Positions 19,033-28,222 are shown, numbered from the stretch's first letter. The stretch: DNA of 64,000 nucleotides from Eubacteriales bacterium (GCA_045643885.1 JAZRFY010000026.1:3953-67952); one strand, 5' to 3'. Translations and numbers: made by a program. Notes: generated by a model not told the origin, from the letters alone.

Positions 19033-19722
19033 ATGACGTTTGTTGCATCAAACCTTTATGGTAGACTCGATAAATTTGAAAAGCTCATTAAGAAGATAAA
19101 CCTCAAGGATAGCGATATCCTCTATATTCTTGGAAATATCGTTGACTTCGGTGAGGATTCTATCGAGCTTGTAAACGAGCTCAGTGCTCAGTATAATGTT
19201 TATAGCGTTCTCGGTGAGCACGATTATAAGGCATATCTTTTGCTTTCTGAATTTGATAGAATCATCAGAGAGGGAGGTGCTCCTTCGGTTAGCTTTTCAA
19301 AGGAAATGATCGCTTGGGCGCAAAATGGTGGTCAGGCAACTCTTGAGGCGTTCAAGAGCGCTGATGCCGATTCTAAAGAGGGATTTCTCGATTATCTTTC
19401 CGACCTTCCCGTATTTGAAGAGGTTGATATCAAGGGCAAGCAGTACGTACTTACTTGCAGGGGTATTGCAAACTTTGAAGGTGATAAGGATCTCTATGAT
19501 TATGAGCTTGATTCCTTTATGGAAGGCTATCTTGATATAGAAAAAACTTACTTTGAAAGCAAGAAAATGGTTGTGGGCTATCTTGATTACGAGCACACTC
19601 CCGCAGGACGTGCAGGTAAAATCAATGCTAAAAACAACAATATTGCACTTGCTTGCGATATGAGTGAAAACGATGACGTCGTTTGCATTTGCCTTGAGAC
19701 CAATGATGAATACTATGTGTAA
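19033..19722 (+). CDS. metallophosphoesterase-fold protein with degenerate metal-binding motifs
   Basis: The layout matches calcineurin-like phosphoesterases, but motif I reads ASNLYG (not DxHG), motif II reads LGNIVDFG (not GDxxDRG), and motif III reads LGEHD (not GNHE). Confidence 0.65.
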   Translation: MTFVASNLYGRLDKFEKLIKKINLKDSDILYILGNIVDFGEDSIELVNELSAQYNVYSVLGEHDYKAYLLLSEFDRIIREGGAPSVSFSKEMIAWAQNGGQATLEAFKSADADSKEGFLDYLSDLPVFEEVDIKGKQYVLTCRGIANFEGDKDLYDYELDSFMEGYLDIEKTYFESKKMVVGYLDYEHTPAGRAGKINAKNNNIALACDMSENDDVVCICLETNDEYYV

Positions 19723-21106
19723 TATAAAGAAAAACGATATCGTGATCCTTGATATAACCGATATCAATAATCTTGGTGCAGGTGTTTCTCATCTTGAGGA
19801 CGGAAGAGTTGTTTTCGTTCGAGGAGCAGTCACCGGTGATAAGATAATGGCAAAGATCATCAAGGTAAATGCAAATTTTGTAGTTGCTCGTCTTGAAGAG
19901 ATAATTGTTCCTTCAGATAATCGTGAAACAGAGTGCTTTTGCAATGCAAGTGAAAGCTGTGGTGGATGCGTATACCGTCATATCACATATGACCACGAAA
20001 AAGAGATAAAGAAGAACTACGTAAAGCATGCTTTTATCAAGGCAGGTCTTTCTGACGTAGTTATCAATGACGTACATACTACAAATCGCACTAAGGCATA
20101 TAGAAACAAGGCGCAGTACCCATTTGCTATGACAAAGCAGGGAATTGTTGCAGGCTTTTATGCTAGTAAAACGCATAATGTCGTGCCTGCATTTGACTGT
20201 GCGCTTCAACCTGAGATTTTTGGCGAAATACTTAGGGATGTTTGCGAGTTTGCCAATAAAAAAGCATTTTCCGTTTACAATGAAGAGAGTGGCAAAGGAC
20301 TTCTTCGTCACCTCTATATGAGAATGGGTGAGCAAACAGGTGAATTGATGCTTTGCCTTGTATTGAACGGAGAAAAGCTCCCCTGTGAAGAGGAATTTGT
20401 TGCTCTTTTTACTGAAAAATACATCTGTATAAAGAGCATCCAGATCAATGTAAATACAAAGAACACCAACGTGGTTTTAGGAGATAAATACAGAACACTT
20501 TACGGAACAAGATATATCGAGGATATACTATGCGGTGTAAGGTTCAGAATCACTCCCGAATCCTTCTACCAGGTAAATCACGACGGTGCCGAAATGCTCT
20601 ATAGACTTGCCAAATCCAAGGTAATCGATAGCCTTGATAAGAAGATATCACTTGTGGATATGTATTGTGGCACGGGTACTATCGGTCTTTCCATGGCAGA
20701 CGTTTGTGATGAGCTTGTCGGTGTAGAGATTGTTGAGGGTGCAGTTGAATGTGCCAAAATCAATGCCCGGATCAACGGCTTTGAAAATGCAAAATTCTAC
20801 GCCGGGGATGCCAAGGATATAGAAAGCCTTTTTGCTTCAGTTGAAGCGCAGCATGGCGAGTTAAATCCCGACGTTGTGGTACTCGATCCCCCAAGAAAGG
20901 GCTGCACTCCCGAGGTCATCGAATATCTTTCCTCAAGAGATGTTAAGCGTATAGTGTACGTATCCTGCGATGCAGACACCTTGGCACGCGATTGCAAGAT
21001 GTTTGCCTCCTTGGGATATACAATCGGTGAGGTTGATCCTGTAGATATGTTCCCGAGAACAGGACACGTTGAAAGTGTCGTTTGTCTGACAAGGAGTAAA
21101 TTATGA
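19715..21106 (+). CDS. 23S rRNA (uracil-C5)-methyltransferase, RlmD/RumA family (TRAM + Fe-S + SAM MTase)
   Basis: TRAM-like N-terminus, Cys cluster CFCNASESCGGC, SAM motif DMYCGTGTIG, and catalytic region DPPRKGC ... YVSCD. The start is set at the ATG at 19715 (ATGTGTAA overlap with the upstream stop); the track start at 19664 is an extension. Confidence 0.85.
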   Translation: MCNIKKNDIVILDITDINNLGAGVSHLEDGRVVFVRGAVTGDKIMAKIIKVNANFVVARLEEIIVPSDNRETECFCNASESCGGCVYRHITYDHEKEIKKNYVKHAFIKAGLSDVVINDVHTTNRTKAYRNKAQYPFAMTKQGIVAGFYASKTHNVVPAFDCALQPEIFGEILRDVCEFANKKAFSVYNEESGKGLLRHLYMRMGEQTGELMLCLVLNGEKLPCEEEFVALFTEKYICIKSIQINVNTKNTNVVLGDKYRTLYGTRYIEDILCGVRFRITPESFYQVNHDGAEMLYRLAKSKVIDSLDKKISLVDMYCGTGTIGLSMADVCDELVGVEIVEGAVECAKINARINGFENAKFYAGDAKDIESLFASVEAQHGELNPDVVVLDPPRKGCTPEVIEYLSSRDVKRIVYVSCDADTLARDCKMFASLGYTIGEVDPVDMFPRTGHVESVVCLTRSKL

Positions 21107-21381
21107 TACTGTTCAAAAAAACATGCGACATGTGTAAAACTATTAAAACGGCAAAGTCGCTAAAAACTACCGAAGAATTTTTTGACATATTAGAAGAACT
21201 CAAGAAATTATCTGAAAGTGACGATTACGAATATGTCGGAGGGAATAACCCTGCCGACACCATTCGGTATTGGCCTCAAGACGGATTGTGGTATAGAATT
21301 AAATGCAAAAACTGCGGCGCGATTTATACTTTGTGGTATGATACATTTAGAAACAACGGAAGCTTCAAAAAAGGCAAATAA
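21103..21381 (+). CDS. small hypothetical CxxC...CxxC (zinc-ribbon-like) protein
   Basis: 92 aa with an ATGA overlap onto the rlmD-like stop. It carries CDMC and CKNC pairs. Confidence 0.5.
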   Translation: MILFKKTCDMCKTIKTAKSLKTTEEFFDILEELKKLSESDDYEYVGGNNPADTIRYWPQDGLWYRIKCKNCGAIYTLWYDTFRNNGSFKKGK

Positions 21382-21383
21382 AT

Positions 21384-21446
21384 ATACCTTTTGGAGTTTC
21401 CACCCCCGTTTTTGACCGATTTTTATACCTTTTGGAGTCTTGACCC
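21384..21446. repeat. two 23-nt direct repeats at 40-nt spacing in the intergenic region
   Basis: TATACCTTTTGGAGTTTCCACCC (21384-21406) and TATACCTTTTGGAGTCTTGACCC (21424-21446) match at 20 of 23 positions. Confidence 0.8.
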
Positions 21447-21505
21447 ATATTGAAAACGTTGTTTTAATAACACGATAATTTATATTTAAAGGATAGTTTA
21501 AATTT

Positions 21506-22438
21506 ATGGCTGATTTAGTGAAGAAATCAAATAAAAACAGCATAATTGAATTACTCAGGTTCTTATTTGCACTCAACGTTTTGGTGTACCATGAGTTTCT
21601 TCCTTTTGAATCCTCTTATTTTGGACAGGGATGGCTTTCAGTTGAATTCTTCTTCATTCTTAGTGGATTCTTGTTTAATAAGACCTTTGAAAAAACTAAA
21701 AATATGTCCTATCTTGATGGATTCAAAACCATATTTAACACAAAGCTCAAGCCCTTGTTAGTGCCCATAATAATAGGACTTCTCTCAAATATTATCTTGA
21801 ATATCATAGTAAAATATCACCCCTTAAAGATATGGAGATACCTTTGGTATATTCCGGCTATGATGGCAATGTTTTTCTTATACACCGTTTTGAGAAGGTT
21901 GATAAAAAACGATAAAAGCTTTTTTGCAGTTGTTCTTTCAATCTTTATTATCGCTACGATATTGAGATTCTCGGGCAATGATGCCTTGTATAGCTTTGAC
22001 TATATCAGATCAGCTTCAATGGTATCGTTTGGCATATTGCTTGCAAGGCTTCCAAGATTTGAAATCAAAAGCAAATTGCTTTCGTGGCTGCTTTTTATCG
22101 TGGCTTTCGTTCCAACCTTTTTGATAATATGCTTCCGTCTTGGTGATATGGAATGGTTTGGTGGTTTTAGGGGAATAGAGGCTATACTTAACCTTGTTTT
22201 GTATCCGTTTTTGATACTGACAGCCTTTAATCTCAACGTAAATTCCAGGATTTTGAGCTTTCTTGGTGCTATTAGCTTTGCTGTATATGCATATCAATGT
22301 CCTGCAAGATTGTTGGCTACTATAGGCCTTAAAAATTCATGGTTTTTGCTTTCCTTTATCTTTGGACTTGCAATAGTGGATTATCTTGCACGAAAATTTT
22401 ATATGAAACGTTCAATGAAGAAAGTGAGTCTTACATAA
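21506..22438 (+). CDS. acyltransferase family 3 (OafA-like membrane O-acyltransferase)
   Basis: N-terminal ELLRFLFALNVLVYHE motif and about 10 TM segments. Confidence 0.8.
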   Translation: MADLVKKSNKNSIIELLRFLFALNVLVYHEFLPFESSYFGQGWLSVEFFFILSGFLFNKTFEKTKNMSYLDGFKTIFNTKLKPLLVPIIIGLLSNIILNIIVKYHPLKIWRYLWYIPAMMAMFFLYTVLRRLIKNDKSFFAVVLSIFIIATILRFSGNDALYSFDYIRSASMVSFGILLARLPRFEIKSKLLSWLLFIVAFVPTFLIICFRLGDMEWFGGFRGIEAILNLVLYPFLILTAFNLNVNSRILSFLGAISFAVYAYQCPARLLATIGLKNSWFLLSFIFGLAIVDYLARKFYMKRSMKKVSLT

Positions 22439-23373
22439 TGGATAATGCTACACACCTTGATTTTCTGAATAAAAGCTTTCCAATGAGAAAGACTGATAAA
22501 GAAAAACAAGATTTCAGAGATTACATAGTAAATACGTTAAATGAAAAGGGAATAGACACAAAAGTAGAAACAACCTGTGATAAGAAAAACAATAATATTG
22601 TTATCGGTGATCCTACTACTGCCAAGGCAGTATTTACTGCACATTACGATACGCCTGCAAGATCACTCTTTCCCAATATTATGTTTCCTAAGCATAGACT
22701 TCTATACTATTTGTATCAGTTTTTGCCAATAATTTTGCTTCTTACAGTGTGCCTTTTGGTTTCATATGTCGTAGGTATCGTTATATTGAACGATACAACA
22801 ATCTATGCACTCTTGTTCATGGTTCTTTATTACGGATTGTTCTTTTTGATGATAAGAGCATTCAAAAACCCGAATAATTATAACGATAATACGTCCGGTG
22901 TTGCCACGGTTTTGAGCATCGTTGATTCACTCACCAAGGATGAGCTTAAAAACGTTGCATTTATTCTTTTTGATAATGAAGAAAAGGGAAAGAAGGGCTC
23001 TGCTGCATATTTTAAGGACCATTTTGAAGAAATGAAGGAACGTTTTCTTGTCAATTTTGACTGCGTAGGGAATGGAGATAACATAATTTTCATCGCACAA
23101 AAAGGTTCTGCTGATTCCGAAAAGTATGAGATTTTGAAGCATTCTTTTGAATTTACAGATAAATTCAGCGTTGATTTTTGTACACATAAAGAGGCAGATT
23201 CTAATTCCGACCACAAAAATTTTCCTTGTGGAGTAGCTTGTGTTGCTTGTAAAAAAGCAAAAAACGGTATAATTTATACACCCTATATACATACTCCAAA
23301 GGATGTAATTTCAAATAATTCCAATATTGACTTTATAGCTAAAAATACAGTTGCATTTGTTCGCAAAATCTGA
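22438..23373 (+). CDS. M28-family zinc peptidase-like protein with internal TM segments
   Basis: AHYDT, NTSGVA and DNEEKGKKGS motifs. The start is set at the ATG at 22438 (TAATG overlap with the upstream stop); the track start at 22339 lies inside the upstream gene. Confidence 0.7.
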   Translation: MDNATHLDFLNKSFPMRKTDKEKQDFRDYIVNTLNEKGIDTKVETTCDKKNNNIVIGDPTTAKAVFTAHYDTPARSLFPNIMFPKHRLLYYLYQFLPIILLLTVCLLVSYVVGIVILNDTTIYALLFMVLYYGLFFLMIRAFKNPNNYNDNTSGVATVLSIVDSLTKDELKNVAFILFDNEEKGKKGSAAYFKDHFEEMKERFLVNFDCVGNGDNIIFIAQKGSADSEKYEILKHSFEFTDKFSVDFCTHKEADSNSDHKNFPCGVACVACKKAKNGIIYTPYIHTPKDVISNNSNIDFIAKNTVAFVRKI

Positions 23374-23432
23374 CAGCTTTTGTTTAAAATCAACAAAGTT
23401 TGCCCGGATACACGCGAAGTTCACAAAATCTA

Positions 23433-23461
23433 TTGATTAAAAAATCAACATATGATATAAT
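23433..23461 (+). promoter_or_regulatory. sigma-A-type promoter (TTGATT-17-TATAAT)
   Basis: TTGATTaaaaaatcaacatatgaTATAAT. Confidence 0.55.
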
Positions 23462-23492
23462 CAATTCAGTACGGTTGAAACTGTATGTTTTG

Positions 23493-23521
23493 TTGAATAA
23501 TATTCAAAAATTATGAATATT
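23493..23521. repeat. overlapping AT-rich palindromes (candidate operator) between promoter and CDS
   Basis: TTGAATAATATTCAA (23493-23507) is a perfect 15-nt palindrome. It overlaps the inverted repeat AATATTCA-n7-TGAATATT (23499-23521). Confidence 0.6.
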
Positions 23522-23566
23522 ATTAGGCTTTGGGTGTCTTAAATGACACATAGAATGGAGAAAATA

Positions 23567-24451
23567 ATGGCTGAAAAGAAAAGAAAACGTCGTTGGGGTG
23601 ATAGATCCGAAGGTAGATTGATCAGAACTATTGATCCCATATTCAGAATCATGCCCTATATTATGACAAAGCGCAGTGATTCCCAAAACTTTTTTACTGA
23701 AAAGCTCGATATTTCCGAGGCGGAAAAGTTCTGCCGAGAGCAAACAAGAGCCGGTAAGAAGAATTTTTCTATGCTTCACGTTATTATTGCAGCTTACATC
23801 AGAGTTGTTTCACAGCGTCCCGCTATCAATAGATTTGTCAGCGGTCAGAAAATTTACGCAAGAAATAATATTGAAGTATTGATGACCATTAAGAAAAAGA
23901 TGGCTCTTGACGGTGAAGAAACAAGTATCAAGGTTTGCTTTGAACCAACAGATACTATCCACGATGTTTATGAAAAGTTCAATAAGGTAGTTGAAGAAAA
24001 CAAGGGTGAAAGTGAAGATAACAACACGGACCGCTTTGTTAAGCTTTTGTATTACATACCCGGTTTTTTGCTTAAGTTTGTCGTTTGGTTGATTAAAACT
24101 CTCGACTATTACGGAATGCTTCCCAAGTCTATCATCAACCTTAGTCCTATGCACGGATCTATGATCGTTACATCCATGGGTTCACTCGGTATTCGTCCCA
24201 TTTACCATCATATTTATGACTTCGGTAACCTTCCTGTTTTCGTTGCCTACGGCGCAAAGCAGCACGGAGTTAAAATGGATGACGAAGGCAACGTTAAGAA
24301 ATACCGTTATATCGAGATGAAGGTAACTACCGATGAAAGAATCTGTGACGGATACTACTATGCATCTGCTTTCAAGATGATGAAAAAGCTTTTCGAGAAT
24401 CCCAGAGTTCTTGAAAATCCCCCCGAACAGGTAATTGAAGATATCGATTAA
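23567..24451 (+). CDS. stand-alone 2-oxoacid dehydrogenase E2 / CAT-like acyltransferase catalytic-domain protein
   Basis: The C-terminal region ...VTTDERICDGYYYASAF... aligns by eye to the E2 DHRxxDG catalytic motif. There is no lipoyl or subunit-binding domain. The start is set at the ATG at 23567 (GGAG 7 nt upstream). Confidence 0.65.
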   Translation: MAEKKRKRRWGDRSEGRLIRTIDPIFRIMPYIMTKRSDSQNFFTEKLDISEAEKFCREQTRAGKKNFSMLHVIIAAYIRVVSQRPAINRFVSGQKIYARNNIEVLMTIKKKMALDGEETSIKVCFEPTDTIHDVYEKFNKVVEENKGESEDNNTDRFVKLLYYIPGFLLKFVVWLIKTLDYYGMLPKSIINLSPMHGSMIVTSMGSLGIRPIYHHIYDFGNLPVFVAYGAKQHGVKMDDEGNVKKYRYIEMKVTTDERICDGYYYASAFKMMKKLFENPRVLENPPEQVIEDID

Positions 24452-24461
24452 TATTATAAAA

Positions 24462-24488
24462 GATCCGACTCTTGTCGGATCTTTTTTT
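24462..24488 (+). terminator. intrinsic terminator
   Basis: gatccgac-tctt-gtcggatc followed by TTTTTTT. Confidence 0.85.
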
Positions 24489-24572
24489 GCCAAATTTTGC
24501 TCAACCTCGGCTTGAATAAATCAAGCATTGCATAGTCAATACTTGTTATAATCAAAAAAATACGGAGTGTTT

Positions 24573-25346
24573 ATGTATTATAATAAGGTTGAGATATGTG
24601 GGGTAAATACGTCAAAGCTTGAGGTGTTGAGCGACTCTGAAAAAAGAGAGCTTTTACTAAAAACAAAAAACGGTGATACCTTGGCACGGGAAAGACTCAT
24701 TTATGGTAATTTACGACTTGTTTTAAGTATTATACAAAGATTTTTGAATAGAAATGAGAACGTGGACGATCTGTTTCAGGTCGGCTGCTTAGGTCTTATC
24801 AAAGCAGTCGACAATTTCAATACAGAGCTGGATGTGAAGTTTTCGACCTATGCAGTTCCCATGATAATCGGAGAAATAAGAAGGTATCTTCGCGATAATA
24901 ACAGCATTCGTATAAGTAGATCCCTAAGAGACCTGGCATACCATGCTTTAAGTGTCAGAGAGGAGCTTACAAGAACAAATGAAAACGATCCGACAATAGA
25001 TCAAATATCGGATAAGCTTGGTGTTGCAAAGGAGATGGTTGTAAGAGCCATGGAGGCAATCGTAGCGCCAATATCGCTCTACGAACCCGTTTATAACGAT
25101 AATGGAGATTCCTTGTTCGTGATTGACCAATTAAGTGATTCAACGTCGGGAGAAGAGGTGTGGCTTGAAAGCATAGCACTCAGAGAGGCAATGAATGTCT
25201 TGACCGAGCGCGAAAGATTAATAATAAGACTAAGATTTTTCAAAAATCGCACACAAATGGAGATAGCAACTGAAATAGGGATCTCCCAAGCACAGGTTTC
25301 CAGAATTGAAAAGAGCGCTCTTGAAAGAATGCGAAAGCAATTTTAA
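24573..25346 (+). CDS. sigG: RNA polymerase sporulation sigma factor SigG
   Basis: NKVEICGVNTSKLEVL N-terminus, GNLRLVLSIIQRF, FSTYAVPMIIGEIRRYLRDN and ISQAQVSRIEK are near-identical to the B. subtilis SigG regions as I remember them. The ATG at 24573 is preferred over the track GTG at 24567. Confidence 0.9.
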   Translation: MYYNKVEICGVNTSKLEVLSDSEKRELLLKTKNGDTLARERLIYGNLRLVLSIIQRFLNRNENVDDLFQVGCLGLIKAVDNFNTELDVKFSTYAVPMIIGEIRRYLRDNNSIRISRSLRDLAYHALSVREELTRTNENDPTIDQISDKLGVAKEMVVRAMEAIVAPISLYEPVYNDNGDSLFVIDQLSDSTSGEEVWLESIALREAMNVLTERERLIIRLRFFKNRTQMEIATEIGISQAQVSRIEKSALERMRKQF

Positions 25347-25434
25347 TAAATGAATTATCATAATTTATCTTTTTGCATAATATGTTAAGGAAGAAAGTCT
25401 ATTTCTTCCTTATAACTTTTATGGAGGGTTAATT

Positions 25435-26271
25435 ATGCCGGATAATAGATTTATATGTTCGGGCCCAGGTGTCAGCAAGGAAACTGTGTGCATCGAGGCA
25501 AATCGCGTCCTTGATTCATGTCGAGACAGGGATTGCTATGAGAATATTCAGGTGTTTTTGACTAATTACGGAAATGAGATTATCGAAAGAACTGGCAATA
25601 TCAGGGTAAAGCATTCTTGTATTGCGTGGAGCAACGTAACTGTCGACCAGGTGGCATTTAATAAGGGATTCTATTCAGTAAACATTAGACTCTATATTAA
25701 GATAGTTTTTGAAGCTTGCCTGGTACCCGGAAGAGTGCAAGAATTTGATGGTGTAGCTGTAATCGATAAAAACGTTGTTCTTTATGGTGGTGAAAGCAAT
25801 CTGAACGTTTTCAAGAGTAACGGCACAAAGGGCTTTTGCGATGCTCCTGTTGAGGTTTGTTGCACCGAAGGCAATGTTCCAACTGCCATAGTTGAAGTAG
25901 TTGATCCAATTATTCTCAATGCTAAAATCATCGAAAAAAGGCATGATCACCATTGTATTTGCTGCTGCTCTTGTTGTGATGTGCCCGAGCATGTTACTAA
26001 TACCGTGAACGGTCAGCTTTGTGACGATGGCAATAGGATACTTGTAGTTTCTATCGGTATCTTTTCGGTTGTTCGCATTGTCCGTCCCGGTCAGTATCTG
26101 ATTCAGGCAACTGAATACACAGTGCCCGATAAGGAATGCCTGTCGCGTTCGGAAGAGAATCCTTGTGAAATCTTCAGATGTATGGAATTTCCAGTTGATG
26201 AGTTTACTATGGGGCAAGGACCTGCGTTGCGTCCTTTAAATCACACCGATAAGGGATGTGGATGTAAATAA
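25435..26271 (+). CDS. hypothetical Cys-cluster protein (278 aa)
   Basis: RBS GGAGGG. N-terminal CIEANRVLDSCRDRDC and an internal HDHHCICCCSCCDVPEH cluster. No family recognised. Confidence 0.6.
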   Translation: MPDNRFICSGPGVSKETVCIEANRVLDSCRDRDCYENIQVFLTNYGNEIIERTGNIRVKHSCIAWSNVTVDQVAFNKGFYSVNIRLYIKIVFEACLVPGRVQEFDGVAVIDKNVVLYGGESNLNVFKSNGTKGFCDAPVEVCCTEGNVPTAIVEVVDPIILNAKIIEKRHDHHCICCCSCCDVPEHVTNTVNGQLCDDGNRILVVSIGIFSVVRIVRPGQYLIQATEYTVPDKECLSRSEENPCEIFRCMEFPVDEFTMGQGPALRPLNHTDKGCGCK

Positions 26272-26274
26272 AGA

Positions 26275-26307
26275 AAGGCTGTTGCTTTTGCAACAGCCTT
26301 TTGTTTT
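26275..26307. terminator. bidirectional intrinsic terminator (convergent with clpX)
   Basis: aaggctgttgc-tttt-gcaacagcctt flanked by A and T runs. Confidence 0.8.
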
Positions 26308-27583
26308 ATTTTAAGATGTATTTGGGCTCGGATTTGTTGATTACAGTATCTCTTGTAATGATAATTGTTTCAATATCATCGCGGGAGGGAACCGTATACA
26401 TGATGTTCATCATAAATCCTTCCATAATGGATCTGAGACCTCTTGCGCCCGTGTTCTGCTCCAATGCAAGCTCGGCAATTGCACTGATAGCATCTTCCTC
26501 GAATTCGATGTTGACGTTATCAATAGCAAAAAGCTTTGTATATTGCTTCAAAAGAGAGTTCCTGGGCTCAGTGATTATCTTTGTGAGAGCATGTTTATCA
26601 AGCTCATTAAGAGCAACGATAACAGGAATTCTACCCGTAAGCTCAGGGATGATACCGTATTTAACGATATCGTGAGAGGTTACGTCCTTATAGATTCCGT
26701 CCTTTTTCTTTTCGCTCTTTTTCTTTACCTCACCGCCAAAGCCGATAACGTTGTTGCCCTTTCGTTTTTCGATGATGGACTCAAGACCGTCGAACGCGCC
26801 GCCACAAATAAAGAGAATGTTTTCAGTATTGATCTGAATGAACTCCTGATTGGGATGCTTTCTGCCTCCCTGAGGAGGAACGTTTGCAACAGTACCTTCA
26901 AGGATCTTAAGGAGTGCTTGCTGAACGCCTTCACCGGATACGTCGCGTGTAATGGAGCGATTTTCACTCTTTCTTGAGATCTTGTCGATTTCATCAATAT
27001 AGATGATACCTTTTTCGGCCTTTTGAACGTCGTAATCAGCGGCCTGAATAAGTCTTAAAAGGATGTTCTCAACGTCTTCACCTACGTAACCTGCCTCAGT
27101 AAGAGTGGTTGCATCAGCGATAGCAAAGGGAACCTGAAGTGTTTTTGCAAGTGTTTGAGCAAGGAATGTTTTACCTACACCTGTAGGGCCTATCAAAAGC
27201 ACGTTGGACTTCTGAAGCTCAACACCGTCGATTTCCTTGTCGCTCTTGTCCTCATTTTTGGACAAGATACGCTTGTAGTGATTATAAACTGCTACTGAAA
27301 GTGCAACCTTTGCGTCATCCTGACCGATAACGTACTCGTCAAGAGTTTTCTTTATATCCTGGGGCTTTGGAAGCTCTGCAAGCTCAAGAGTCTCGCAAGG
27401 ATCAGAAAAATCAGCAAGTGCCTCATCAATCATTTCTGAGCAAGTGTCTACGCAGAAATCACAAATATATACTCCGGTAGGAGAGGGAATTAAAAAATTA
27501 ACTTGATTTTCTTGTCTTCCGCAGAAACAGCAATACCTTTTTGAGGTATTGCCGTTTCCGTCGGGCTTTTTATTTTCAGCCAT
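26306..27583 (-). CDS. clpX: ATP-dependent Clp protease ATP-binding subunit ClpX
   Basis: N-terminal zinc finger CCFCG...CDFC, Walker A GPTGVGKT, and IYIDEIDK. Confidence 0.97.
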   Translation of the reverse strand: MAENKKPDGNGNTSKRYCCFCGRQENQVNFLIPSPTGVYICDFCVDTCSEMIDEALADFSDPCETLELAELPKPQDIKKTLDEYVIGQDDAKVALSVAVYNHYKRILSKNEDKSDKEIDGVELQKSNVLLIGPTGVGKTFLAQTLAKTLQVPFAIADATTLTEAGYVGEDVENILLRLIQAADYDVQKAEKGIIYIDEIDKISRKSENRSITRDVSGEGVQQALLKILEGTVANVPPQGGRKHPNQEFIQINTENILFICGGAFDGLESIIEKRKGNNVIGFGGEVKKKSEKKKDGIYKDVTSHDIVKYGIIPELTGRIPVIVALNELDKHALTKIITEPRNSLLKQYTKLFAIDNVNIEFEEDAISAIAELALEQNTGARGLRSIMEGFMMNIMYTVPSRDDIETIIITRDTVINKSEPKYILK

Positions 27584-27600
27584 AATATTTAACCTTTCAA

Positions 27601-28194
27601 TTACGCGTGCTTTTCGATAACCTTGTCAATGAGGCCGTAAGCAAGAGCTTCCTCAGCTGTCATATAGTTATCTCTTTCGGTGTCAATGGCTACTTGCTCA
27701 ACGGATTTGCCTGTATTCTTTGCAAGGATAGCATTAAGTCTATCTCTTGTCTTAAGAATAAGCTCAGCCTGAATCTTGATATCGGTTGCCTGACCTTTTG
27801 CTCCGCCAAGGGGCTGGTGGATCATGATTTCACTGTTGGGGAGTGCAAATCTCTTACCCTTAGTACCTGCAGAAAGGAGGAATGCTCCCATGCTGGCTGC
27901 CATGCCGATGCAAACGGTAGAAACGTCACACTTGATAAAATTCATAGTGTCATAAATAGCCATACCTGCAGTAACTGAACCACCGGGTGAGTTAATGTAA
28001 AAGGAAATATCTTTGTCGGGATCCTGCGCCTCAAGATAAAGGAGCTGAGCTACCACAAGGGAAGCAGTTGCATCGTTTACCTCGTCGGAGAGGAAAATAA
28101 TACGGTCATTAAGGAGTCTTGAGAAAATGTCATAAGATCTTTCACCCCTGCCTGTCTGTTCAACTACCATTGGGACAAGCGAATTATTCATCAT
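27601..28194 (-). CDS. clpP: ATP-dependent Clp protease proteolytic subunit ClpP
   Basis: Catalytic region [11 protein letters not shown] and IMIHQPLGG. Confidence 0.97.
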   Translation of the reverse strand: MMNNSLVPMVVEQTGRGERSYDIFSRLLNDRIIFLSDEVNDATASLVVAQLLYLEAQDPDKDISFYINSPGGSVTAGMAIYDTMNFIKCDVSTVCIGMAASMGAFLLSAGTKGKRFALPNSEIMIHQPLGGAKGQATDIKIQAELILKTRDRLNAILAKNTGKSVEQVAIDTERDNYMTAEEALAYGLIDKVIEKHA

Positions 28195-28222
28195 AAGTAA
28201 TGACCTCCTAAAATAAATTTAA

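Noticed and set aside
24489-24572. A search for a SigF/SigG-type promoter upstream of sigG (GAATA and GCATA elements are present).
   Set aside because: No CATxxTA or GGnnAnAnT -10 element lies at the right spacing, so no call can be supported.
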